From Oscillospiraceae bacterium (GTDB lineage Bacteria; Bacillota; Clostridia; UBA1212; UBA1255), in the NCBI GenBank assembly GCA_015069185.1, contig SVJB01000002.1, forward strand, positions 797-64,796: 64,000 nt of DNA. The letters run 5' to 3'. The notes under the pieces were generated by a model. It was not told the DNA's origin and searched no databases. It was given only the letters and a program-made list of their open reading frames with translations. How positions within the stretch are numbered: position 1 is the stretch's first letter; every line of letters starts with the position of its first letter. The position numbers were made by a program, and so were the translations under genes. Below are positions 53,600 through 63,083 of this stretch, one piece after another.

Positions 53600-54349
53600 A
53601 TGACTGGTAAAATAACAAAATTATTTATTGTGTCATTTATTTTTATAATCTGTGGATTAATTATTTTCGGAAGCAGCGTATTAATTACTGAAATAGATCC
53701 GGAAGTGGTCTTCGATGAAAATTTAAGTGAAAATAATATTCAGAAATTTGCCCCTGTGTTGTCAAAACGTGGTAGTACAGGCAATGAGGTAATAAGTATA
53801 CAGAAGCGATTAAAGACATGGGGATATTACACAGGAAGTATTGATGGTATTTATGGAAGTCGTACTGAAAAGGCTGTAAGACTTTTTCAACAGAGAAATG
53901 GTCTTACTGTAGATGGTATTGCAGGACCGATAACGTTGAAAGCTATGGGGATATTAACTTCAGCCTCTACCGGATCGGCTTCTACTAATACAAGTGCTAA
54001 CCTTGAGCTATTGGCAAGAGTAGTGTACGGCGAGGCGAGAGGAGAACCATATACGGGACAAGTAGCAGTGGCTGCTGTTATTCTAAACAGAGTAAAGGAT
54101 TCACGTTTTCCCAAAACAGTAGCAGGTGTTGTATATCAGTCAGGAGCATTTGATGCTGTCTCGGATGGACAAATAAATATGACCCCGGATCAGACTGCTT
54201 ATAACGCAGCACGGGATGCCCTTAATGGTTGGGATCCTACCTATGGTTGTTTATATTATTACAATCCGTCTACTGCTACAAACAAATGGATCAGATCACT
54301 ACCTGTAGCGGTCCGAATAGGCAGACATGTATTCTGCCATGCCGTCTGA
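53600..54349 (+). CDS. sleB: Spore cortex-lytic enzyme SleB-type cell wall hydrolase with PG-binding domain
   Basis: TM/signal segment. PG_binding_1 (GNEVISIQKRLKTWGYYTGSIDGIYGSRTEKAVRLFQQRNGLTVDGIAG). Hydrolase_2 core (ARVVYGEARGEPYTGQVAVAAVILNRV...AFDAV). Confidence 0.88.
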   Translation: MTGKITKLFIVSFIFIICGLIIFGSSVLITEIDPEVVFDENLSENNIQKFAPVLSKRGSTGNEVISIQKRLKTWGYYTGSIDGIYGSRTEKAVRLFQQRNGLTVDGIAGPITLKAMGILTSASTGSASTNTSANLELLARVVYGEARGEPYTGQVAVAAVILNRVKDSRFPKTVAGVVYQSGAFDAVSDGQINMTPDQTAYNAARDALNGWDPTYGCLYYYNPSTATNKWIRSLPVAVRIGRHVFCHAV

Positions 54350-54527
54350 TAACTTTTATATGTTTGGTGTGACTGACAAAGCCGGTGCTGTGCTGATATC
54401 AACAAAACATGGCGCCGGCATATGTTCAGCGATATAGAACATAATAAAATCTTTCCTGCTTACTGTCTTGATATTCAATTGATTTCGTTGTATACTCTAT
54501 GTATAAAACATATTGGAGGCGATAAAA

Positions 54528-54935
54528 ATGATAAAAGTATTTTATGGCAAAAAAGGTACAGGCAAGACAAAGCATATGTTAGAGTCTGCTAACGCTCTTG
54601 CAAAGGAAAGCAACGGTACCGTAGTTTACATTGATGACAGCAATGAGCTGATGATGAAGTTATCACATAAAATCAGATTTATTAATATATTAGATTATCC
54701 CGTTTCAGGAGCAGAACCTTTCCTCGGTTTTCTCTGCGGCGTAGCTTCACAGAACTATGACATTGAGACTGTATTCATTGATGGTCTTACTTACATCGTT
54801 CATGAGAATCCGGAATCACTTAAGACATTCTTTGATGGCCTTGAGAAAATTTCAGCAGAGCACAATGCTCATTTTTACATCAGTATCAATGGAGACGAGA
54901 ACAATACTCCAGACTTCATTGCAAAGTTTATCTGA
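54528..54935 (+). CDS. Small (135 aa) P-loop NTPase-like hypothetical protein
   Basis: Walker-A-like GKKGTGKT near the N-terminus and Walker-B-like TVFIDGL. ATG 54528 lies 8 nt after GGAGG. A candidate promoter TTGATA-N17-TATACT lies upstream. Confidence 0.55.
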   Translation: MIKVFYGKKGTGKTKHMLESANALAKESNGTVVYIDDSNELMMKLSHKIRFINILDYPVSGAEPFLGFLCGVASQNYDIETVFIDGLTYIVHENPESLKTFFDGLEKISAEHNAHFYISINGDENNTPDFIAKFI

Positions 54936-54956
54936 TATAGGTGAAGTGATATAACA

Positions 54957-57215
54957 GTGCGACAAAGTAATATTGTAGCAGGTGTTTATCTGTTACAAAG
55001 CACAAATGAATTTGATATTGAATACAGCTACCTCGTAAATATTGAGAGCGATTATGCCCACAAAATTAGACGAGGTAGTTTTGTTACTGTACCATTTGGG
55101 ATAGGCAATAAGTCTACCCCGGCTTTGGTGTGGTCAATATCAGAGTATGATGAATCTACATACCAATACAAGCTTAAATACATAGGTGAGTTGTGTGAGA
55201 ACATACCGGTGATGGATGATGAACAGCTTGATCTGGCGTGGCAAATACATAAATATTTCTTCTGTACTGTAGGTGATGCGATAAGATGCTTTATATCCAA
55301 AGATGGATATAAACAGAAATCTGTGAAAATATTGTCCTGTGCTTTGAGTGAGCAGGAAACACAAAGCATTATTGATAGTAATAAACTTCGTAATATTAAT
55401 CAAGTAAATATACTTAAATTGCTGATGGATAATCCTCGCGGTATCAGTGCTAAAGAAGTCATAAATATTATAGGCTTGAGCTCAGATTCAGCAATCAAAA
55501 CCTTAATCAAAAGAGGTTTCGTACAAGCCGATACAGTTCTTGAATCTGATGAGCGTATACATTATACACCGACATATAAAATGACAACATACACTCCGCA
55601 TCAGCTTAACCGGGAGCAAGAGAAAGCATACAATTTTATACTTAAATTAATTAATAGTAATAAATTTGCAGAATGTTTGCTGCATGGAGTTACAGGTAGC
55701 GGTAAGACTGAAGTATATATGCAAATAATTGCTAATGTTATAAATAATGGTGGTAGCGCCATGGTATTGGTACCTGAGATAGCCTTGACTCCACAGATGA
55801 TAACACATTTTACTGCAAGATTTGATGATAAAGTGGCGGTACTTCATAGTCGCCTTACAGATGCTCAGCGAGGAACACAATGGCAACGAATACGTACAGG
55901 TCAGGCAAAGATTGTTATAGGTACCAGATCTGCAATATTTGCTCCTGCAGTTAATCTTTCAGTTATAATTATAGATGAAGAGCATGATAGCTCATATCGT
56001 TCAGAAGATTCAAATCCTCATTATACAGCGGCAGAAGTTGCTGTTATGAGAGCAAAGCAGACAAATGCAGTTGTGATATACGGCTCGGCAACACCCTCTG
56101 TTGCTACTTTTCACAGAGCTGTAACACATAAAATTTACTATATGGGTCTTAAGAACAGGGCAAACAGCAAGCCTCTGCCTGAATGTTATATTATGGATAT
56201 GAGACAAAAACGTATGCAGGGAGGCCAGAGTAGTCTCATGTGTCAGGAAATGCGTAATGAGATTATTAAGAATTATTGCCAGGGAAATCAAACAATAGTA
56301 TTTGTGCATCGCAGAGGATATAGCGGACAGGTACTATGTACAGGATGCGGTAAGACTCTTAAGTGCAGACAATGCAGTATCCCGATGACATATCATGCAG
56401 GTAGCAACAGACTGGTTTGCCATTATTGTGGTAATACTATTATACGTCCTGATAAATGTCCGGAGTGTGGCAGTGAAACGTTTGATACACGCAGTAGTGG
56501 TACAGAACGTGTTGCAGAAGAGCTACAGAATATGATACCTGACGCGAAGGTCCTGCGAATGGACGCAGATACAACGGCAGCCAAGGACGGACATGTAGGT
56601 ATATTGAGCCGTTTTGCCTCCGGCGAAGCCCAGATCCTGGTAGGTACACAGATGATAGCAAAGGGCCATGATTTTCCGGGCGTTACGCTTGTATGTATTA
56701 TCAATGCTGATTCACTTATGAATATGCAGGATTACATGGCAGGAGAACGGGCTTTCCAGCTCTTTACCCAAGTATCGGGTAGAGCAGGCAGGGCGCAGAA
56801 GCAAGGTCGAGTGCTTATACAAGCGTATGATATTGACGCATATCCTTTGACGGCCGGCAGTACAGGCAATTATATGGAGTTCTATCGTAATGAAATAATC
56901 CTGAGAGAAAATTTATATTTCCCTCCGTTTTGTGCAATGTGTACAATACGTTTTAGTGGTGAAGATGACAAGAAAGTATTTGTTTATACCAAGGCACAGC
57001 TTAAAATTCTCAAGTCACAGGCAATTACGGGAGAGGATCAAGATGTGCTGCTTTTGGGACCCGCTCGTGACTTTGCAGTGCGTATAAACAATAAATATAG
57101 ATGGAATATAACAATTAAGGCTGATTCCAGAGAAAAAATATTGCAAATTTTGCAAAGGTGGATTAATGTAAAGAAGGGCGGAAATAACATTTCCGTTAAT
57201 ATAAAGTTTGAGTAA
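54957..57215 (+). CDS. priA: Primosomal protein N' (PriA helicase)
   Basis: Walker A GVTGSGKTEVY, DEEH box, and the Cys-rich zinc region CTGCGKTLKCRQCSIPMTYH...CHYCG...CPECGS. GTG start. Confidence 0.95.
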   Translation: MRQSNIVAGVYLLQSTNEFDIEYSYLVNIESDYAHKIRRGSFVTVPFGIGNKSTPALVWSISEYDESTYQYKLKYIGELCENIPVMDDEQLDLAWQIHKYFFCTVGDAIRCFISKDGYKQKSVKILSCALSEQETQSIIDSNKLRNINQVNILKLLMDNPRGISAKEVINIIGLSSDSAIKTLIKRGFVQADTVLESDERIHYTPTYKMTTYTPHQLNREQEKAYNFILKLINSNKFAECLLHGVTGSGKTEVYMQIIANVINNGGSAMVLVPEIALTPQMITHFTARFDDKVAVLHSRLTDAQRGTQWQRIRTGQAKIVIGTRSAIFAPAVNLSVIIIDEEHDSSYRSEDSNPHYTAAEVAVMRAKQTNAVVIYGSATPSVATFHRAVTHKIYYMGLKNRANSKPLPECYIMDMRQKRMQGGQSSLMCQEMRNEIIKNYCQGNQTIVFVHRRGYSGQVLCTGCGKTLKCRQCSIPMTYHAGSNRLVCHYCGNTIIRPDKCPECGSETFDTRSSGTERVAEELQNMIPDAKVLRMDADTTAAKDGHVGILSRFASGEAQILVGTQMIAKGHDFPGVTLVCIINADSLMNMQDYMAGERAFQLFTQVSGRAGRAQKQGRVLIQAYDIDAYPLTAGSTGNYMEFYRNEIILRENLYFPPFCAMCTIRFSGEDDKKVFVYTKAQLKILKSQAITGEDQDVLLLGPARDFAVRINNKYRWNITIKADSREKILQILQRWINVKKGGNNISVNIKFE

Positions 57216-57240
57216 TACAATAGACTGGGAGCGATACAAT

Positions 57241-57714
57241 ATGGCAATAAGAAAAGTTAGAACAGAGGAAGATGATGTTCTTCGTATAAAATGTAAACAA
57301 GTAACAGAAGTAAACAGAGGCACTCGCCAGCTTATTTCAGATATGTTTGATACAATGTATGCAACAAACGGTGTAGGTCTCGCAGCGCCACAGATCGGTA
57401 TTGTAAAGAGAATTGTTGTTATTGATGACACACAAGGAAATAAAATGGCGCTGGTTAATCCGGTATTTACATTAAAAGAAGGTGAGCAGGATTCTAATGA
57501 GGGTTGCCTTAGTCTGCCGGGATTCAGAGGTCGGGTAAAACGGCCATATAAGGTACAGGTAAAGGCACTTAATGAAGACGGCATGCCTGTTACTATAAAT
57601 GCGGAGGGATTCTTGTCTGTTATACTTTGCCATGAAATTGAGCATTTAGATGGCATTTTATATAAAGATGTGGCTTTTGAATATGAGCCAATACCTGTGG
57701 AGGAAAGAGAATGA
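57241..57714 (+). CDS. def: Peptide deformylase
   Basis: GVGLAAPQIG, EGCLS and HEIEHLDG motifs. Start moved to ATG 57241. Confidence 0.96.
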   Translation: MAIRKVRTEEDDVLRIKCKQVTEVNRGTRQLISDMFDTMYATNGVGLAAPQIGIVKRIVVIDDTQGNKMALVNPVFTLKEGEQDSNEGCLSLPGFRGRVKRPYKVQVKALNEDGMPVTINAEGFLSVILCHEIEHLDGILYKDVAFEYEPIPVEERE

Positions 57715-58682
57715 AAATAGTTTTTATGGGCACACCTGACTTTTCTGTGCCTACACTTAAAGCTTTGATAGATAATCACGAGGTTATGTGTGTAGTTACA
57801 AAAGCTGATCGCCCCAAGGGACGAGGCAACGTGATGACAGCGCCACCTGTGAAAATTCTTATAGAAGAGCATAACGCCAAGGTGTTATCCGGTGAGATTA
57901 TAGGTAATCATATAGATATTATGCAACCGGAGAGCTTCAAAGGTGACAACCTGGAGCCAATATTAAACCAGCTCAAATCATATGATGCAGATGTGTTTGT
58001 AACAATTTCTTACGGCAAGATATTACCTCAGGCAGTACTTGATATACCTAAAAAAGGATGTATAAATGTACATGCAAGTCTGCTCCCTGAGCTAAGAGGA
58101 GCAGCCCCGATTTGGCATAGTATTATAAATGGCGATAAGCAAAGTGGTGTGACTACTATGATGACAGATAAAGGAATTGATACCGGAGATATGCTGCTGA
58201 CGGAGACTGTAGACATAGATGATGATATGACCACAGGCCAATTGCATGATAAATTGGCAGAAATAAGTGGACCGGTTCTGCTTAAGACTCTGGATATGCT
58301 GGAAGCAGGGACTCTTGTGCGTATCCCGCAGGATCACAGTAAAGCGACATATGCGGCCATGGTAGATCGTGAGACCGGTCATATTGATTGGAATAAAACA
58401 GCATGGGAGATTCATAATCTTATAAGGGGTACTAATCCGTTTCCATCAGCTTATACAACAGAAGTCAGCGGTATGCGCGTGAAGATTCATAAAAGTTGTA
58501 TCTTTTCACAGGAGATCATAAGCGGAAAAGAGCCGGGTACAGTACTCAAAGCAGATAAAGAAGGCATAGACGTAGTGACAGGTTATGGTGTTTTGAGAAT
58601 TCTGGAACTACAGGCAGAAGGCGCCAGAAGAATGGCAGCAGGTGATTTTACTAATGGACACAAAGTTACAAAATTTGCTTGA
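57711..58682 (+). CDS. fmt: Methionyl-tRNA formyltransferase
   Basis: MKIVFMGTPDFSVPTL...INVHASLLPELRGAAPI. ATGA overlap with def. Confidence 0.95.
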   Translation: MKIVFMGTPDFSVPTLKALIDNHEVMCVVTKADRPKGRGNVMTAPPVKILIEEHNAKVLSGEIIGNHIDIMQPESFKGDNLEPILNQLKSYDADVFVTISYGKILPQAVLDIPKKGCINVHASLLPELRGAAPIWHSIINGDKQSGVTTMMTDKGIDTGDMLLTETVDIDDDMTTGQLHDKLAEISGPVLLKTLDMLEAGTLVRIPQDHSKATYAAMVDRETGHIDWNKTAWEIHNLIRGTNPFPSAYTTEVSGMRVKIHKSCIFSQEIISGKEPGTVLKADKEGIDVVTGYGVLRILELQAEGARRMAAGDFTNGHKVTKFA

Positions 58683-59694
58683 TTATACACTTGATGAGTT
58701 AAAAGACCTTGTAAAAAAAGAAGGTCTGCCGGCTTTTCGTGCCAAGCAGATATATCAGTGGATATATCAGGGAAAGAGTTTTGATGAAATGTCAAATATC
58801 CCAAAGGATATGCGCACAAAGCTAGCTGAGAGATATACGACAGGCAAATTAAAAATCTTCAGAAAACTTACATCTGCATTGGATGGTACTATAAAATATT
58901 TATTTGATACAGGTGATGGGAATCTTATAGAAAGTGTTCTGATGAAATATAAATACGGCTATACCGCATGTATTTCGTCCCAGGTAGGGTGCAAGATGGG
59001 ATGCACATTCTGTGCTTCTGCAAAATGTGGTTTTGTACGCAATCTGACCCCGGGTGAATGTCTGGGCCAGATAATCGGAATGAATAGTGATAATGATATA
59101 ACCATAACAAGAGTTGTCATTATGGGAATAGGCGAGCCTCTTGATAATTACGATAATATAATTAAATTCCTGCATTTGCTCAATAGTGGCGATGGACTTA
59201 ACATAAGCTATAGGAATGTATCTTTGTCAACATGTGGGCTTGCGGATAAGATAATTCAGTTAGCAGAGGAAAATCTGCCTATAACTCTGTGCATATCATT
59301 ACATAATCCTATAGACGAACAAAGGTCACTTATTATGCCTGTGAATAGGAAATACGCACTTGACAAATTGCTCGATGCGTGTCATATTTATAAATTGAGA
59401 ACGAATCGTCGCATAACGTTTGAGTATGCGCTGATTAAGGGTGTTAATGATTCGGAAGAACATGCTGCCCATCTCATTCGTTTGATAAAAGGAATCTTGT
59501 GCCACGTAAACCTTATTCCGGTAAACGAAGTAAGCGATACTGGCTTTGTCACCGTTAATAAGGAAGCGGTGGAGAGATTTAAGAGTATGCTTGAGAAAGC
59601 AGGAGTAAATGTAACTGTCAGAAGGTCTTTGGGAAGAGATATTGAGGCAGCCTGTGGACAGCTGAGACGAAGCGCTATTAGTGAGGGCGATTGA
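58654..59694 (+). CDS. rlmN: 23S rRNA/tRNA (adenine-C2)-methyltransferase RlmN (radical SAM)
   Basis: FRAKQIYQWIY and CISSQVGCKMGCTFCAS (CxxxCxxC). The start is uncertain (ATG 58654, GTG 58642 or TTG 58675). Confidence 0.93.
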   Translation: MDTKLQNLLDYTLDELKDLVKKEGLPAFRAKQIYQWIYQGKSFDEMSNIPKDMRTKLAERYTTGKLKIFRKLTSALDGTIKYLFDTGDGNLIESVLMKYKYGYTACISSQVGCKMGCTFCASAKCGFVRNLTPGECLGQIIGMNSDNDITITRVVIMGIGEPLDNYDNIIKFLHLLNSGDGLNISYRNVSLSTCGLADKIIQLAEENLPITLCISLHNPIDEQRSLIMPVNRKYALDKLLDACHIYKLRTNRRITFEYALIKGVNDSEEHAAHLIRLIKGILCHVNLIPVNEVSDTGFVTVNKEAVERFKSMLEKAGVNVTVRRSLGRDIEAACGQLRRSAISEGD

Positions 59695-59695
59695 G

Positions 59696-60433
59696 TTGAT
59701 AATTAACTTTTGTACAAAAACAGATACCGGTAAGGTCAGACGCGCAAATCAGGACTTTTGCGGATATCATGTTGCAGACAAATATGATATTGCCTTCTTT
59801 GTAGTGGCAGATGGCATGGGTGGTCATAATGCAGGAGAGATTGCCAGTTCTGTAGCGGTTTGTTCTTTTATAGATGCGGCAAAAGATTTCTTTGACGTTG
59901 AGAGCCATGAGGGACTGGAAAGATTTATAAAGCATACTATAAAGCGTGCTAATATTCGCGTTCGCGCAAGGGCAATGTCTGATACAAGATTTAAAGGCAT
60001 GGGTACTACTTTAGTTACAGCTGCTGTGACAGATAGCTTTGTGCTGTTTGCCAATGTGGGTGATTCCAGAGCCTACATGATACGAAACGGTGTTATGGAA
60101 CAGATAACAAAAGATCATTCTTATGTTCAGTATCTTGTAGATCAGAAAAAGATAAGCAAAGAAGAAGCCAGCAGTCATCCTCGCAAGAATGAAATTACCC
60201 GCGCGCTTGGTGCAGAGGATGATGTTGAGATAGATGTTTTCTTACAAAACTACAACAAAGGAGATTGTATATTACTTTGTTCAGATGGATTGACCAACAT
60301 GATATCAGAGACACAGATCAGTAATATAATTATGGATAATGCTTCGGTATATGAAGCTGTAGATAAATTAATAGATTGTGCAAATAATGCCGGTGGCAAG
60401 GATAACATTACTGTTATTCTTATAAGGTTATAA
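59696..60433 (+). CDS. stp: PP2C-family Ser/Thr phosphatase (Stp/PrpC)
   Basis: TDTGKVRRANQD, VADGMGGHNAGE, LCSDGLT and GGKDNITV motifs. The start is TTG 59696 (after GAGGG) or GTG 59681. Confidence 0.92.
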   Translation: MIINFCTKTDTGKVRRANQDFCGYHVADKYDIAFFVVADGMGGHNAGEIASSVAVCSFIDAAKDFFDVESHEGLERFIKHTIKRANIRVRARAMSDTRFKGMGTTLVTAAVTDSFVLFANVGDSRAYMIRNGVMEQITKDHSYVQYLVDQKKISKEEASSHPRKNEITRALGAEDDVEIDVFLQNYNKGDCILLCSDGLTNMISETQISNIIMDNASVYEAVDKLIDCANNAGGKDNITVILIRL

Positions 60434-60452
60434 TGAAAAGTGAGGATAAAAT

Positions 60453-63083
60453 ATGATTCACGATGCATATGAGGGACGTTTTTTAAATGATAGATATAAG
60501 CTCTTGTCCAGGGTTGGTACAGGAGGAATGTCCGTTGTATACAAAGCTAAAGATGCAGTTGATGAGAAGCTTGTGGCTATAAAGATTCTCAAAGAAGAGT
60601 TTTGCAATGATGAAGAGTTTATCAGAAAATTTAATAACGAGGCAAATGCAGCCAGAAGCTTATCACATCCTTATATAGTTGATATTTTAGATGTAGGTTG
60701 TGACGGTGATGTGCATTATATAGTCATGGAGTTTATAGAAGGAGTTACTCTCAAGGATTATATAATTGCAAAACACACGATAAAGTGGAGAGATGCTCTT
60801 AATATTACAGCTCAGATACTGACGGCTCTTGATCATGCGCATGAGCATAAAATAATACACAGAGATATCAAACCTCAAAATATAATGCTTACTCCGGGAG
60901 GAGTAGTGAAATTAGCGGATTTTGGTATTGCTAAGGCCGTATCTTCAAGTACCAAATCAGCTACTCCGGATAGCGCGGGTAGTGTTCACTATTTGTCTCC
61001 TGAACAGGCAAGAGGTGGCTTTGTTGACGAGCGTACAGATATTTATTCTACAGGAATTATGATGTATGAAATGGTTACTGGTACTGTGCCTTTTGATGGT
61101 GAATCTCATGTGTCTATAGCTTTAAAACATATTGATGGTAAAATAATTCCTCCGCATGAAATAGATCCCGGCGTTCCCAGAGGGGTCAGTGATCTTATTG
61201 TGCTGGCGACTAAGAAAGATCCTGCTATGAGATTCCAATCAGCTAAGGACATGCTTCTTCGTTTAGAAAAGGTAATAAACACTCCATATTCTTCTTTCTT
61301 AAATGCTGTGCCGACTATTCATGATGTTAAGTCTGAACCAATTGGTGTAGTTGTGCCTGTGGCAGAGGAAGTGTACACAAGCCAAACGAATGTCAACCCG
61401 GGAAAAACAGAAGAAACAGACATGACCTTTGTTGACGATGATGATTTTTTTGACGACGAATCAGAGGATGATACATCGGAGTCGTCTGCTGCCCCGGTTA
61501 ATATGAACACAGAGAATACGGATAGTGATTATATTGATGACGAACAAAACGATGAAGATATAGATGATGATGCATACGAATATTCCGATGAAGAGGCAGT
61601 TCATATGGAAATTCGCGTGCGCAATATAGTGTTTGCGACTATTACGTATGCGATAGCCATTGTTGTAGCTATTGTTGGTATTTATTTTATATATAACAGA
61701 TATCAGGCGGCAAAGGACAACCTGGATCAATTTGTGGATACAAAAACATATATACAGGATTATACAGGTATGCAGGTAGCTGCTGTTGAGTCTGCTCTGG
61801 CTGTTTTCGATATCGATGTTGAGAAGGTACTAGTTGAGAGTGAAGAGTATCCCAATGGATATATTATCAGTCAGAATGTACCAAAAGGAACAGAGTTGAC
61901 TCATAATCTAAAGATTACTTTTGAAGTATCCAGTGTGGCGGGTTCTTTTGTTTTGGACGACTATTCATCATCTAAGAAAGACTATAAAGAGATAGGAGCG
62001 CAATTAGAATCTATGGGCGCTCAAGTCAACTATTCTTCGGTGTATAGCAGTAAAGTTAATGATACATTAGTAGTACGTACCAGTCCACGTGCAGGCACAA
62101 TTATTTCTCCCGGAGATACAATAACTGTATATTATAGCGCCGGTACTATGTATTCTTATGTAAATGTACCTGATCTTTCAGGAATGACTCTTGAAGAAGC
62201 GGCAGATGCTCTTAAGAAAATACATCTTAAACTTGGTGTTGTGTTCCCGGAACCGGGTTCTATCATAGAAGGATTATATACCACACCGGAGATTATAACA
62301 CCAACTCCTACTGTAGATCCAAATGCTACTCCGGAAATAAGTGAGTCTCCTGATACTAGTGTGAATCCGGATGGAACTCCTGATGTAAGTGAGAATCCCG
62401 GAACTCAGACACCTGGACAAGAGACACCTGGACAAGAGACACCGGATGCAGGTACTCCTGATGTGGGTCAAGATCCGGAAAATACACCGGAGGCTCCTGA
62501 TACAACACCTGTAGTTCCCGGTGAGACTCCTGCCGAGGTAATCACACCCGGTACAGATGTCACACCCGGCATCGAGGTAACTCCCGGTACAGATATCACT
62601 CCGGATATCAATATCACCCCCAATGTTAATGTTACACCTGGAATAGATGGCTCATTCCTTCCGGGTTATACACCAACACCTACTCCCTCGTTAGAGCCTA
62701 CACCCACACCTTTGACGGCTTCTCTTACTGTTGTAGGACAGTACCCTGCAGCATATCAGACAGTGCTTGCCAATGAAACTGTACATGTATATTTCTATAC
62801 AGATATGACCCTGCTGACACAGTACAAAACAGTAACTATTGAAAATCCTATGATGGAAGGCTTTGAGTCATATTATGTATATGTAGAGGTAGAGACTCAT
62901 AAGGGAGCAATAACATATCCTCTACAAAGTGGACAAATTATAGGCACCTGGCAGTTCCCGATTCAGTTTAATGTACCTGTTTCTGTTCATGGCGAACCTA
63001 CCAAAGTAACAGTGTACCTGGGCGCTAACGCAATAACAGCACAGAAATACGAGATAAAATATATTTATTATGCAGACAACTAA
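60453..63083 (+). CDS. prkC: PASTA-domain Ser/Thr protein kinase (PrkC/PknB type) with long linkers and an extra C-terminal domain
   Basis: GTGGMSVVYKA...VAIK, HRDIKPQN, DFGIA, SPEQ. Acidic juxtamembrane insert, one TM, then PASTA-like repeats. A Pro/Thr-rich repeat region and a C-terminal beta-rich segment of about 150 aa follow. Confidence 0.93.
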   Translation: MIHDAYEGRFLNDRYKLLSRVGTGGMSVVYKAKDAVDEKLVAIKILKEEFCNDEEFIRKFNNEANAARSLSHPYIVDILDVGCDGDVHYIVMEFIEGVTLKDYIIAKHTIKWRDALNITAQILTALDHAHEHKIIHRDIKPQNIMLTPGGVVKLADFGIAKAVSSSTKSATPDSAGSVHYLSPEQARGGFVDERTDIYSTGIMMYEMVTGTVPFDGESHVSIALKHIDGKIIPPHEIDPGVPRGVSDLIVLATKKDPAMRFQSAKDMLLRLEKVINTPYSSFLNAVPTIHDVKSEPIGVVVPVAEEVYTSQTNVNPGKTEETDMTFVDDDDFFDDESEDDTSESSAAPVNMNTENTDSDYIDDEQNDEDIDDDAYEYSDEEAVHMEIRVRNIVFATITYAIAIVVAIVGIYFIYNRYQAAKDNLDQFVDTKTYIQDYTGMQVAAVESALAVFDIDVEKVLVESEEYPNGYIISQNVPKGTELTHNLKITFEVSSVAGSFVLDDYSSSKKDYKEIGAQLESMGAQVNYSSVYSSKVNDTLVVRTSPRAGTIISPGDTITVYYSAGTMYSYVNVPDLSGMTLEEAADALKKIHLKLGVVFPEPGSIIEGLYTTPEIITPTPTVDPNATPEISESPDTSVNPDGTPDVSENPGTQTPGQETPGQETPDAGTPDVGQDPENTPEAPDTTPVVPGETPAEVITPGTDVTPGIEVTPGTDITPDINITPNVNVTPGIDGSFLPGYTPTPTPSLEPTPTPLTASLTVVGQYPAAYQTVLANETVHVYFYTDMTLLTQYKTVTIENPMMEGFESYYVYVEVETHKGAITYPLQSGQIIGTWQFPIQFNVPVSVHGEPTKVTVYLGANAITAQKYEIKYIYYADN

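Noticed and set aside
57015-57872. 285-aa minus-strand ORF
   Set aside because: It is antisense to the ends of priA, all of def and the start of fmt, three strongly conserved genes. It has no recognisable domain and a Ser/Cys/Phe-rich composition typical of antisense frames.
62280-62700. Repetitive DNA examined as a possible CRISPR or other non-coding repeat array
   Set aside because: The repeats are short (15-18 nt), in frame and encode the Pro/Thr-rich linker of PrkC. There is no repeat-spacer architecture.
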